Origin: Octopus sinensis
Lineage: Eukaryota
Direction of reading: 5' to 3'
DNA length: 64,000 nt
NCBI RefSeq assembly: GCF_006345805.1
Contig: NC_043000.1
Location: forward strand, 1 to 64,000
In this document: in pieces, positions 50,822-62,396 of the stretch
Position numbering within the stretch: position 1 is the stretch's first letter
Layout of the letters: each line of letters opens with the position of its first letter
Program-made: the position numbers and the translations under genes
Notes under the pieces: model-generated
What the model saw: the letters and a program-made list of their open reading frames with translations, nothing else
Told to the model about the DNA's origin: nothing
The model's database searches: none

Positions 50822-52897
50822 TTCTGTTTGACTTTTGCTTTATATTGTACAAGTTGGCTCCAAGTCTCACCCAGAGACCTCAAGAGACAACAGGGTTGGA
50901 AGTTCATGTTGTTGTTATGCCTAGTGTGCCATATATTTGGGGGGTGGGGATGTTGTACTAATGAATGTCTAAAAAAAAAAAGTTTTTTTTTTTTTTTTTA
51001 AACCGAAAATTATGGTTGTTTTAAACCTTGAGGTTACATAGAGAGTATTTTGCGTAGGATATGAGCAGTTCCCATGAGCACTATCTTTTGAACTTCTGCC
51101 ATTTTTGGGTTTCCTGGTATCTGAGTTAGGTAGCTATCAGCCCCTTTTGCTATCATTCCCAGGGCACCTATGACAACAGGTATTGTTTTAGTCTTCAGCT
51201 TCCACATTTTGCTGATTTCTATTTCAAGATCTTTATATTTGCTCAGTTTTTGGTAGGTCCTGACAGATACGTTTATATCGATTGGGACAGTCATATCAAT
51301 GAGGAGGCATGTTTTCTTGTTTGAAGTCTTTCAATATGATGTCTGGCCTATTTGCATCTATCTTCCTGTCAGTTTGAATGGTGAAGTTCCAGAGGAGTGA
51401 GATGTGGTCATTTTCAAGCACTGGGGGTGGTTTGTGTTCCCACCAGTTTTTTTCATGGGGCAAATCCAGGTTTTTACAGATTACCCAGTGAATATATTGT
51501 GCAGCTCTATCGTGCCTGTTGAGATACTCTGTAGGCGCTAGAAGACTGCACTTGGAGACCACATGGTCAATGGTTTCATTTTGTTGCTTGCATACACGAC
51601 ACGTTGGACTGCTTCTGATCTTTAATATGTTGGCCTGGTAGTTTCTTGTTGGTAGGCATTGATCTTGAGCTGCTATGATAACCCCTCTGTTTCAGATTTT
51701 AAGCCAGAGGCCATTAGCCATTGATGGGGCAGGCTTTGTCGATATCTGCATTATTCGCTTCTTTGGGTATTGCCATAGAGAGGTTTTTCTTGCCATTTAT
51801 TATTCAGAATATCTAAGGCCGCAGTTTTGGCACGGGTTTTCATGCGCCTAGCTTTTCTTGTGCTTGTTTCTTGTATGTCTATCTCTAATCCGAAATTGGT
51901 TGTATTCGGAATTCACTTACATATCCCTTTGCCTGTTTTGTCACTGAGTATGATGCTTTCTTGTTTGTCATGTTTTGAGACAAGTTTTAACATCCAGTCC
52001 TCAGAGGTTTTTCAGGTAGGTGTCTAGGCCAATTGTAGCAATCTTCATTGTTATTGCCAGTTGCAAAAGACCACGGCCTCCCTCTTTTCTTGGCAGATAG
52101 AGTCGTTCTGTATCTGCCTTAGGGTGGTGCATTCTATGCATTGTCAACAGTTTCCTTATTTTTCTGTCGAGCTGACATATTTCAGTAATTGACCAGTTAA
52201 CAATATTGAAACTGTAAGTCACGACTGGTATAGCTAATGCATTGATTGCTTCGATCCTGTTTCTTGCATTCAGCTCTGTCTTGAGTATTGCTCTCACTCT
52301 TCGATAGCATTCTCTCCTGATCCTTTCCTTCATCTCTGAATGCCTTATTCCGTTCCCTTCAATTACCCCTAGGTACTTGTAGCTCTCCGCTGGGTCTAGT
52401 TCTTTTATGACATTCTGTTGGTCAAGGTTAACGTTAGATGTTTCTGTCATTTTTCCTTTGATAAAGGTAGCCTTTGCACATTTATCGAGGGCCGGAATTG
52501 CATTCTGATGTCGTCACTGAATTGTTTGACTATCGCTAGTAAGCCCTTGAGTTGTTGATCATTTTTTGCAAAAAGCTTTAAATCATCCATGTAAACGAGA
52601 TGATTTATATTTTTATCAAACATTTTATACCCGTAACTGCGCGTCATTGAGCAGCTTTGAGAGAGGTATTAAGGATAAACAAAAGAGGAGTGGGACAGTG
52701 AGTCACCCTGGAAAATGCCACACGAAATTTTTACATCACCAGCATTTAGGGATTCACTGTCACTGTTCAGAGTTAGTGTGGTTCTCCATGATCTCATACT
52801 TACAGTCAAGAAGTTTCGCAGAGTTGGTGCTATCTTATACATTTCAAGGCATTTCCTAATCCAGCTATGTGTGGTAGGCTATCAAAAGCCTTTTTAT
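50822..52897 (-). mobile_element. R4/Dong-type (RLE) LINE, 5'-truncated copy 1, frameshifted
   Basis: RT motifs YKKAFDSLPHSW, GIFQGDSLSPLLF and YMDDLKLFAK; HPKADTERLYLPRKEGGRGL; zinc knuckle CRVC…HVVSKC; RLE RPDII…IDMTVP…KLSKY. (TAA)n on both sides. Confidence 0.93.
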
Positions 52898-52922
52898 ATT
52901 ATTATTATTATTATTATTATCA

Positions 52923-52956
<34 letters not shown>

Positions 52957-53268
52957 CATTATTATTATTATTATTATTACTACATATTAGATAATTAAAC
53001 GAATGGTTTATAACTGGTAGTTTACTGGTTAATGAGAGACGGAAGATAGAAGATGAGAGAGTTTTTATTAACCACTGCGATTGTTTCGACACATCTAGCA
53101 TTGATCGCTCACGGGTGGGATACTTAACAACTTGTTCAGGACAAACAGACACAACTCGTTAAAATAACAGTTCCACAATGTGTCGAAACAATTGTAAATT
53201 AATAAAAACTCTTGTATCGTCCATTTTCTGTCTCTCATTAACCAGCTACACACACACACACATATATA

Positions 53269-54865
53269 CAGTGGGGGAGAAATAAATATTCGTACATGTC
53301 AAAATTCTTTATTTAATTAATTTCTAGTGAACATAAATGGGATATACCAATACTATATTTGCATACACATGCATAAACTAAGAATATGCAAAAGAAACTA
53401 ATAAATTAAAGTAACTATGGAATTTATATACAATCATAGATATTTAGAGGCGAAAAAAGTATTCGTACAGAATAAATTTATGATTTTCTATGTCACAAAA
53501 TACTGTTAAAATATTTTTTTTTTTACTAGAAGTTTCTCCATTTGTTCCAATAATCTTATCAGTTGTCATTTTTAAGTGTCAAAATTCTAGCTTCTTCATT
53601 CAGCGCTGTAGTATCGTAATAATGGCGAAAAGTAAAGAACTTACAAATACAGTGAAAAACTTAATTATTGAACAGTGCAAAGCAGGTAAAAGTTACAGGA
53701 AAATATCAGAGACCCTTTGTATTCCATTTTCTACCATATCTTCATTTATTCAAAGATTTAAAAAATCGGGAACTCTTGAAAACAGAATAAGATCCAGTGC
53801 ACCATGCAAGATTTCCCCTAGATCTTTAAGAAAAATGAAGTGAAGAATCGAAAAAAGCGCAATGATCACCAGAAAGGAGTTGCAAGAAGATTTGTTAGCT
53901 CCAGGGACTAGTGTTACCCTATGAACAATCAGCAATGAACTTCATAGGAATGAACTGAAGTCACGCTCTCCTAGAAAAACTTCGCTGTTGACTAAAAGGC
54001 ATAGAGATGCCCATTTAAAATTTGTTTATGAACATAAAGATAAACCTGATACATTCTGGGGAAATGTTCTATGGACAGACGAGTCGAAAATTGAATTGTA
54101 TGGAAGAAATTCGCGTAGCCATGTTTGGAGAAAAGATGGTACTGCCTATTCGCCGAAAAACACAATTCTCACCATAAAGTTTGGAGGTGGCAACATCATG
54201 GTGTGGGGGTGTTTCTCTGCAAATGGTACTGGCAATTTACATGTGATAGATGGTAGAATGACTGCAGAGATGTACCAAAATATTCTGAACAATAATTTAT
54301 GGGAGGCTGTAGAAAATCTCCAGTTTTGTGAAGGGTGGGTTTTACAACAGGATAACGACCCTAAGCACACGGCGAAGTCTACCAAAAAAAGGGATTGTCG
54401 ATCACAATATAAAATTATTAGAATGGCCAACCAAGTCACTTGACTTGAACCCCGTTGAGAATTTGTGGCGTTATTGGAAAATTCGTTCAAGAGCCCCAAA
54501 CTGCATTCCAGATTTGAAGAAAATTTGTCAAGAAGAATGGGAAAAAATTCGTAGAGAAACATGCGAGTCATTGATCAAGAACTACAAGAAGAGATTGACT
54601 GAAGTGGAACTGAATAATGGTTATGCTACGAAGTATTAAATCAGAATTATCAGTTATTTATGTTCTATACGAATACTTTTTTTACCCCTAAATATTTACA
54701 ATTGAATATAAATTCCTTAGTAACTATAATTTATTAGTTTCTTTTGCATATTCTTAGTTTATGCCTGTGTATGCAAATATAGTATTGGTATATCCCATTT
54801 ATGTTCATTAGAAATTAGATAAATAAAGAATTTTGACATGTACGAATATTTACTCCCCCCCCCCA

Positions 54866-54868
<3 letters not shown>
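53269..54868 (+). mobile_element. Full-length Tc1-family transposon (DD34E-type), inactivated
   Basis: ~210-bp TIRs starting cagtgggggaga, TA TSDs, and a transposase at 53622-54639 with WTDESK, GGGNIMVWGCF, QQDNDPKH and SLDLNPVENLW. It has a stop and frameshifts. Confidence 0.95.
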
Positions 54869-54909
<41 letters not shown>

Positions 54910-54915
<6 letters not shown>

Positions 54916-55385
54916 TCAAAGCGCACCTTTGATGCAAGTCTGATGACGTGCCACTCTTATGTCTAAAACCGCAAACGTTACGTAAATTTTCCTTTCGAGT
55001 TTATACGTAAATTGATGTCGCAGGCACGTCCTAAAAGTCCCTATGGGTTTCAGTTTTTAATAACTTCCTTAACTTTACAAATGCATGCATGAAAGTTTGA
55101 TACAATATAAAGGACATAATAGAAATTAATATGCACAAGTCAAATTTTGAAACACCACTACATCACATATGAAATAGGACATCGCTTAAATGACAACCAC
55201 TTTCGGCTCCGCACGTCCGTGCTCTTTCCAAAACTTGTACCATAACACCCTCGAGAGTTTCAGACCCCACTTCTCTGATTTCTCTTTTGATGTTCTTCAG
55301 TTGCACCAGAGTCTCCGGTTTTTTGACGGACAAGAAAAAAATCTGGGCTAGTCAAGTCCGGGGAACGTGAAGGCTATTGAAAGGC
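54910..55385 (-). mobile_element. Tc1/mariner-superfamily transposase 3' remnant
   Basis: The minus strand gives …SPDLTSPDFF…KREIREVGSETL..VM..VLERARTC…SGCHLNDVLFHM*-like text across frameshifts. Confidence 0.55.
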
Positions 55386-56418
55386 TATTCTTTTGCTATT
55401 TTGTCCTGCACTTTTCTCTCGCGTGTTTACGTATATTTCACTCTTTGGTGATGGCTTGCACATAATGTATATATTTTTTTATTATTTATAATTGAACATC
55501 ACGTAGGCTTGTCCACAGTAAGTTGCCCTGGTCGATCTGTCTTAAATAAACTTAGTAAACCCATTCTGTGACAGCGAGGAAGCTGAAACTTTGAAGTCAC
55601 TGTCAACTATTAGATAAACTTAATAAACCCATTCTAGGTAAATATATACCTATAGCTAGGAAAGAAACTAATCTTGAATTATGATCTAACACCTATCAAG
55701 CTTGAAATTACTAGTAAGAATAAATATATTTTTTTATTAAGTTGATATTAGTAGTTATCACTCCTCTATTCTAAGAAATTGTAGTCTATCCTTAGCCACT
55801 CTGCTACAATGGCGACAACATGCATTTCTTCCATCTTGTTATTCTGTTAAAATATTTAGGAAAAATTATATCAATGTGATTAAACAATTTTATATTTTTT
55901 TGGAGCTGAAGATATCACTACATTTAAATTGATGTGATAATTGCATTGTTCAATTAAATGGAGTCGCTTGAAACGGTCGGACTGCATTACTATTTGATAT
56001 CCTGTTTCTTAGGAGTGTGTGTGTGTGTGTGTGTGTGTGTACTCATGCATTTGTATATATATATATATATAATTTTTTATTTCCCGTAACTTACTTTTGA
56101 ACAAACATTCTGATAAAATTTCAGCCTGTACTCATGTAATTAAATTTCTTTTTGCTAAATATAAGTAGATTTCTAGTATTTCATTAGTATTAATAAATAA
56201 TAAATCTGACTGTTTTTGCAAGTTATTTATATAGTCGACATCAATATATTATTGATATATCTTTAGACAGCGGATATAACTTAGAGAAGGAATAGTCACT
56301 ATATGGAATAAATTATTTTTTATTTCATTTTTTGTTATTTATTAATGGGAATTTTTTGTTACTGATATGAAATGTACGTATAATTATGTTCATATATATT
56401 TATAAAAGATATAATTTT

Positions 56419-56810
56419 TGGTAAGTAGCTTGCTTACCATCCACATGGTTCCGGGTTCATTCCCACTGCGTTGCACCTTGGGCAAGTGTCTTCTACTATA
56501 GCCTCGGGCCAACCAAAGCCTTGTGAGTGGAGTTGATAGACGGAAACTGAAAGAAGCCTGCCGTATATATGTATAAATATGTATAAGCGTGTGTATATGT
56601 TTGTGTGTCTGTGCTCGTCCCCGCAACATCGCTTGACAACAGATGGTGGTGAGTTTACGTCCCCGTCACTTAGCGGTTCGGTAAAAAAGACCGATAGAAT
56701 AAGTACTAGGCTTACAAAGAATAAGTTCTAGGGTCGATTTGCTCGACTAAAGGCGGTGCTCCAGCATGGCCGCAGTCAAATGACTGAAACAAGTAAAAAA
56801 GTAAAAGAGT
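56419..56810 (+). mobile_element. SINE-B
   Basis: Direct similarity to 58277-58683. Confidence 0.9.
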
Positions 56811-57005
56811 ATAGAGTGAGATATGATAGCTCATTTTAACTAACTTGATTACATTTTATTTCTTTTTCTTTTTAATTTTTTTCCTATATATGGTGATATG
56901 TGTGAGTGAGAAAATATATAAATATATGTATGTATATATACACATATATATATATACATATAGATATATATATATATATACATACATATATATACATATA
57001 GATAG

Positions 57006-57075
<70 letters not shown>

Positions 57076-57104
57076 TATATATATATATATTATATATATA
57101 TATA

Positions 57105-57322
57105 TATATATGAAAAAACAAGTCAAAATAGAAAATGCTAAAATAATTTTATAAAGAACATTTCAGTACCGGTTTCGGTCATTTTGAGAGCTTTTCAACT
57201 GTAACGATTAAATAATTAAATTTAGAAAAATTAGAAGAAAAGTTTTTTTAAAGGAATATTTGTATAGTTTTCAAATTTTAGTGCCATTCTGCCTTTCTCT
57301 GACTCCCTTGTTTGCACTTGTG
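57105..57322 (-). mobile_element. Single-arm copy of the 47699-48162 repeat, with hammerhead motif (57164-57201) mutated in helix II
   Basis: Direct similarity; gagagctttt instead of gagacctttt. Confidence 0.85.
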
Positions 57323-58276
57323 TATATACATATATTTATGTATGTGTCTATTTATGTATGTATCTGTATGTATATGTCTATGTATGCATATATTTGTATA
57401 TATATGCATATGTTTATATGTATGTGTGTATAAATATATATATTTATACATATATATATATATAATTCTTTTTATCCTTATGTTTATTTCTTTATGTCTA
57501 AATATTTATTTTTTATCTGTATGTTTATATATTTTTATTTTTATTTCTCTCTATCTCATAATTTTATATTTGTGGATATTTATCTACCTATTAGTTGCTT
57601 ATGTGTGTGTAAGTGCATATATTGTTTATATATGCACATAAATTTATATGTAAGGGTATCTATGTATATGTGTAAATATTATGTATATATATGTTCGTAT
57701 ATTTATATATGTGTGTAAATGCATATATGTGTGTGTATATATGTATATATATACATATATATGTACGTGTATTTATGTATGGGTATGTCTGCATTGTCAT
57801 TATTATTATTTATATTATGACTATAACTATTTTTTAATAACTGTATCTATTTTTATTAATGTATATATTTAAAACTTTTATGGTACTGTATATTCTTCCT
57901 TTTTAACGTTTTCATTATGTTTTAAATATGTTACATCATTTTGTATATACACACATATATATATATACATATACATATAATATACACACATACATATTCT
58001 CACTCGTAGTAAGTAACTAAATTGATTTAGTTAAATTGAATTAAATTTGGTTGATTTTATGTTGTAAGTGATGAATTGAAACAATTGTAGGTATGATCTT
58101 GTCAATGTATTAATAAACTTTTATTAAGCTTACCTCCATCTTCTGTCTTGGTTTTTAATAATATTAATAATATATATATGTACGTGCCTATATTGTTAGA
58201 TATTCAACCAGTATAATCTTGGATATTTTTATCCCTCCTGTACTTTGATATATACATAGGTGCAGGAGTGGCTATA

Positions 58277-58683
58277 GGCGCAGGAGTGGCTGTGTGGTAA
58301 GTAGCTTGCTTACCAACCACATGGTTCCGGGTTCAGTCCCACTGCGTGGCATCTTGGGCAAGTGTCTTCTGCTATAGCCCCGGGCCGACCAATGCCTTGT
58401 GAGTAGATTTGGTAGATGGAAACTGAAAGAAGCCTGTCGTATATATGTATATATATATGTATGTGTGTGTTTGTGTGTCTGTGTTTGTCCCCCTAGCATT
58501 GCTTGACAACCGATGTTGGTGTGTTTACGTTCCCGTCACTTAGCAGTTCGGCAAAAGAGACCGATAAAATAAGTACTGGGCTTACAAAAATGAATTAGTC
58601 CTAGGGTCGATTTACTCGACTAAAGGTGGTGCTCCAGCATGACCGCAGTCAATTGACTGAAACAAGTAAAAGAGTAAAAGAGT
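58277..58683 (+). mobile_element. SINE-B, full length (tRNA head, internal TA/TG tract, (gtaaaaga)n tail)
   Basis: ggcgcaggagtggctgtgtggtaag…ggttcagtccc…aacaagtaaaagagtaaaagag. Confidence 0.9.
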
Positions 58684-59299
58684 ATATATTTACATGTAAA
58701 TCTATATAAATTTCGACTATATATATTCATTTATACACACACACTTATACACTCATATATTTGTTTGTGTATGTGATGTGTGGTTGTGTGTGAGAAAACG
58801 TGGCAGTAACAGACAGATAGATTATAAGCTTTATTTCTTTGATTATTTTTAAGAACATCTACAGCTAATGTTTATCTCCGGTTTTCTATAACATTTAAAT
58901 GGTGATAGACAGTTTTCCCATCTGTATAAGTCAATATTCCTATGCATTTTTACATTTCGCAGAAGTAATTGCACTGGGCGCAACAATCCAGCACATCAAT
59001 CGTTAATTTACAACAGTGATTCTCTTAGCTTAATACACTAGACCTATTTCTGAGTATACCCGCTAAAACTAGTTTAAATATATCGACATGTATTCACTAC
59101 AAGCATCTAGGTATTTACTTAAGGCCAGATTGAACACTTTGACAAGCCACAAATCCATAGCTGTCTACAAGGAATTATGAACTCAGCAAGAATACAACGT
59201 ACCCATGAAATCTTTTGAGTCTAACATTCCTGACTCTCTTGGCAACCTCTGCATCCGGTTGCTTTTCTCAAGCTTATTGGCTTTTCCTTCAACCCAACC

Positions 59300-59760
59300 A
59301 ATAGAGATACGTGTGAGAGAAGCCATTTGAAAATTTCGAAGACAACCGAAGGTGGCCTAAATCTATCTTGACTAGAATTATAGTCATTTTATACTGGCTG
59401 TTTGTGAATGTTGTTGCTTCTTTTGGAAGCGATAGACATCTGCAATTCCTACTCAACACTAGGTGTAGTACGACATCGTGTATAAAACTCTTCCATAACA
59501 ACATTTCTTGCTTATTTAAGCTCTTATTTCCCTTTGGAGCATAGACCATCATTAGCTTTTCTCTACTCTTATCGACTCCTGGCTATTTTTTCTGCTACTC
59601 TTTTGCTTCAGTATCCCACCTCCATCTATTTTTCGAGCGTCACATATTTTTCTGAGGGAAGGCCTTTTCTCTCCCAAGTCGTTTGGTTTTCAATAACCAT
59701 CGCTGTTTCCGTAATTTGCTGTTGCTGAGACAGGTGTGTTGGCCCAACGCAAATCTATTT
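59300..59760 (-). mobile_element. Probable L1/Tx1-type APE endonuclease remnant
   Basis: …LSNSKLRK…, MVYAP…, TTFTN…KID resemble QETH…, NVYAP and FTW…RID. Confidence 0.4.
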
Positions 59761-59790
59761 TTACCACTTGAAAAATGCTGCCTATATATA

Positions 59791-60022
59791 TATTTCTTTA
59801 TTGCCCACAAGGGGCTAAACATAGAGAGGACAAACAAGGACAGACAAAGGGATTAAGTCGATTACATCGACCCCAGTGCGAAACTGGTACTTTTATTTAT
59901 CGACCCCGAAAGGATGAAAGACAAAGTCGACCTCGGCGGAATTTGAACTCAGAACGTAACGACAGACGAAATACCGCTAAGCATTCCGCCCGGCGCGCTA
60001 ACGTGTCTGCCAGCTCGCCGCC
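59791..60022 (-). mobile_element. SINE-A, full length
   Basis: Reverse complement of the consensus. Confidence 0.9.
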
Positions 60023-60909
60023 TTATATAAGTTGCTGCCTATATAAGTTTGACCTCTATCCTTTGACCTGTTTAGCATGGTAGATTTGCGGTGGGGGCGG
60101 CTACCAGGAGCCTGCTCTCCGCTGACATATCTCTCAGGACCACTGAGGCATGCAAGCCATCACATAGAAAGGACTGTACTTTGTAGCGGATACAGCAGCA
60201 TTAATATTACTTAACGGGGTTGCTTACCTACAGCTTGATGAGTTGTTTCTTATTATAATACTTACACACTTTAGTTGACTTGAATGACTGCAGATTTTTG
60301 TCACATACTTAGTAAATTGCATCATCCTTGAAGTACAAAAATATATTTGCAGCATGAAAACTGTGACACCCAATGGTTCCTAGATAACCAAAAAAGAGAA
60401 ACAAAGAATTGTAAAGTTGTTATATTTATTATTTGTGGTTTTCATAGATGTATTATTCGATATATTGTCGCTATCTTTTATGGGCATTGTTTATCTCTCA
60501 GATGATTAAAACCATTCCCCACAAAGTCAATCGTACATAGAAAGATCTAGCATTCTGGTTCTTTGGTCCAAGATAGATTACGCATGTTTTGTATGTTACT
60601 GTCAATTTGAAGCTTTCTGGCCTCATAATTATGCATGAAATTCCGCTTATATGCATAACGACATGTTATGAAAGAATTGTGAAAATTCTCTAAGTTGTAT
60701 TCTTGTTCAGTAGCCACGGAATACTTATGGAGAAGCTTTCCAGCGCTCATGTTGTTAATTGCTTCATATATGAAGACACGATCCATTGATTTACTTCAAA
60801 ACTTGGTAATTAGTAGATGTTATCGCAAGGATATGATGCAACATTCAAAGGTTGTTTTGAGCCACGTTAAGGCTGTCATATTGCTTTTGCATAAAACAGA
60901 AGAGGTCAT

Positions 60910-61280
60910 TGTTAACATTGGTTTCAAATTTTGGCACAAGGCCAGCAACTTCAAGAGAGTGGGTAAGTTGATTACATTGACCCCAGTGCTAAACTGATAC
61001 TTATTTTATCGGCCTCGAAAGGATAAAAGGCATAGTCATGCTCGGCGGAATTTGAACTCAGGACGTATGCATTTTGTCCAGTGTGCTAACGATTCAGCCA
61101 GTTTGCCGCCCTAAGGTCATAGTTAATACTGGTTTCAAATTTTGGCACATGGTCGGCAAAGTCGGTGGTGGCGGTAAGTCGAGTTCATTCACCCCAGTGC
61201 TCAACTGGTACTTATTTTATCGAACTCGAAATGACGAAAGGGAAAGTCGACCTCGTTGGAATTTGAACTCAAGTCATAGT
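60910..61280 (-). mobile_element. Two diverged SINE-A-like copies
   Basis: …cacaaggccagcaact…accccagtgct…gaatttgaactca repeated. Confidence 0.7.
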
Positions 61281-61439
61281 TAATATTTATATGAAAATTT
61301 CTGGTGTGGCTTAAGCGTTCTCAAGTTTTAACATTAATAGTCTGGATCTTATTTACCGACTCTTCGAATTCCTCGAATGTTGATAGGATATGCATTCACT
61401 GTACACACACACACACACACTCATACAAACACACACACA

Positions 61440-61473
<34 letters not shown>

Positions 61474-61920
61474 TGGTACTTTGAGGCGACGAATTGTCAG
61501 AGTCATCTTATAGATGGATGGGATTACCCACGATTATCTGCGATCAGAATTCAAGTCTCGACAGAGCCAGCTTTCTCTTTGATTCAGTGATAAAATAAAC
61601 TGCAGTGGATCAGCGAAAGTGTTAGGCTGTCGGGTGCAATGCTTTTAGCTGTCTTTTACGATGGTTTGTATTTTGAATGTAATATCCGCCATAACACTAA
61701 TGCTAAGTTTCACCTTCAAATACACTGGCACACACAGACAATTGTCAGATTCCTCAAGGAACATTGCACAGGACTGCACATACATGTGAGGATGTACAGG
61801 TACCCATGATCGATTGTGGCCATAAGAATTTACGTTATTGGTATATATATAAATATATACATATACGTTTATATATTTGTTGTGCAAGATTTTTTATGTG
61901 AACTCGTGTGTTGAAACAGA

Positions 61921-62356
61921 TATTGTTATATTTCGGAATGGTCATTTTGCCAGTTTAGCCAATAAAAACACACGCACTATATATTTGGTGTTGTTTTGGT
62001 TCAGTGTTATTTATTTTTTACATTAATCTTAATCTTATTTCGGCCAGAGTTCTTTCGTCACACTCCTGTGACCGCATCAGTGGTCCTTTGTTTTCTTCTT
62101 TCTTATTTGTGTCTCTCCTTACTAACCGTCAAAATACAAAATGGCTGACGGTTAGTAAGGAGAGACACAAATAAGAAAGAAGAAAACAAAGGACCACTGA
62201 TGCGGTCACAGGAGTGTGACGAAAGAACTCTGGCCGAAATAGGATTAAAATTAATGTAAAAAGTAAATAACACTGAAGCAAAACAACACCAAATATATAG
62301 TGCGTGTGTTTTTATTGGCTAAACTGGCAAAATGACCATTCCGAAATATAACAATA
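61921..62356. repeat. ~435-bp near-perfect palindrome (arms ~210 bp, 14-nt spacer); Penelope-like repeat
   Basis: Arm-by-arm reverse complementarity is seen directly. Contains CCA-CUGAUGC-G-GUCAC-AGGAGU-GUGAC-GAAA-GAAC-UC/UGG at 62194-62233. Confidence 0.93.
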
Positions 62357-62361
62357 TAACA

Positions 62362-62395
<34 letters not shown>

Positions 62396-62396
62396 C

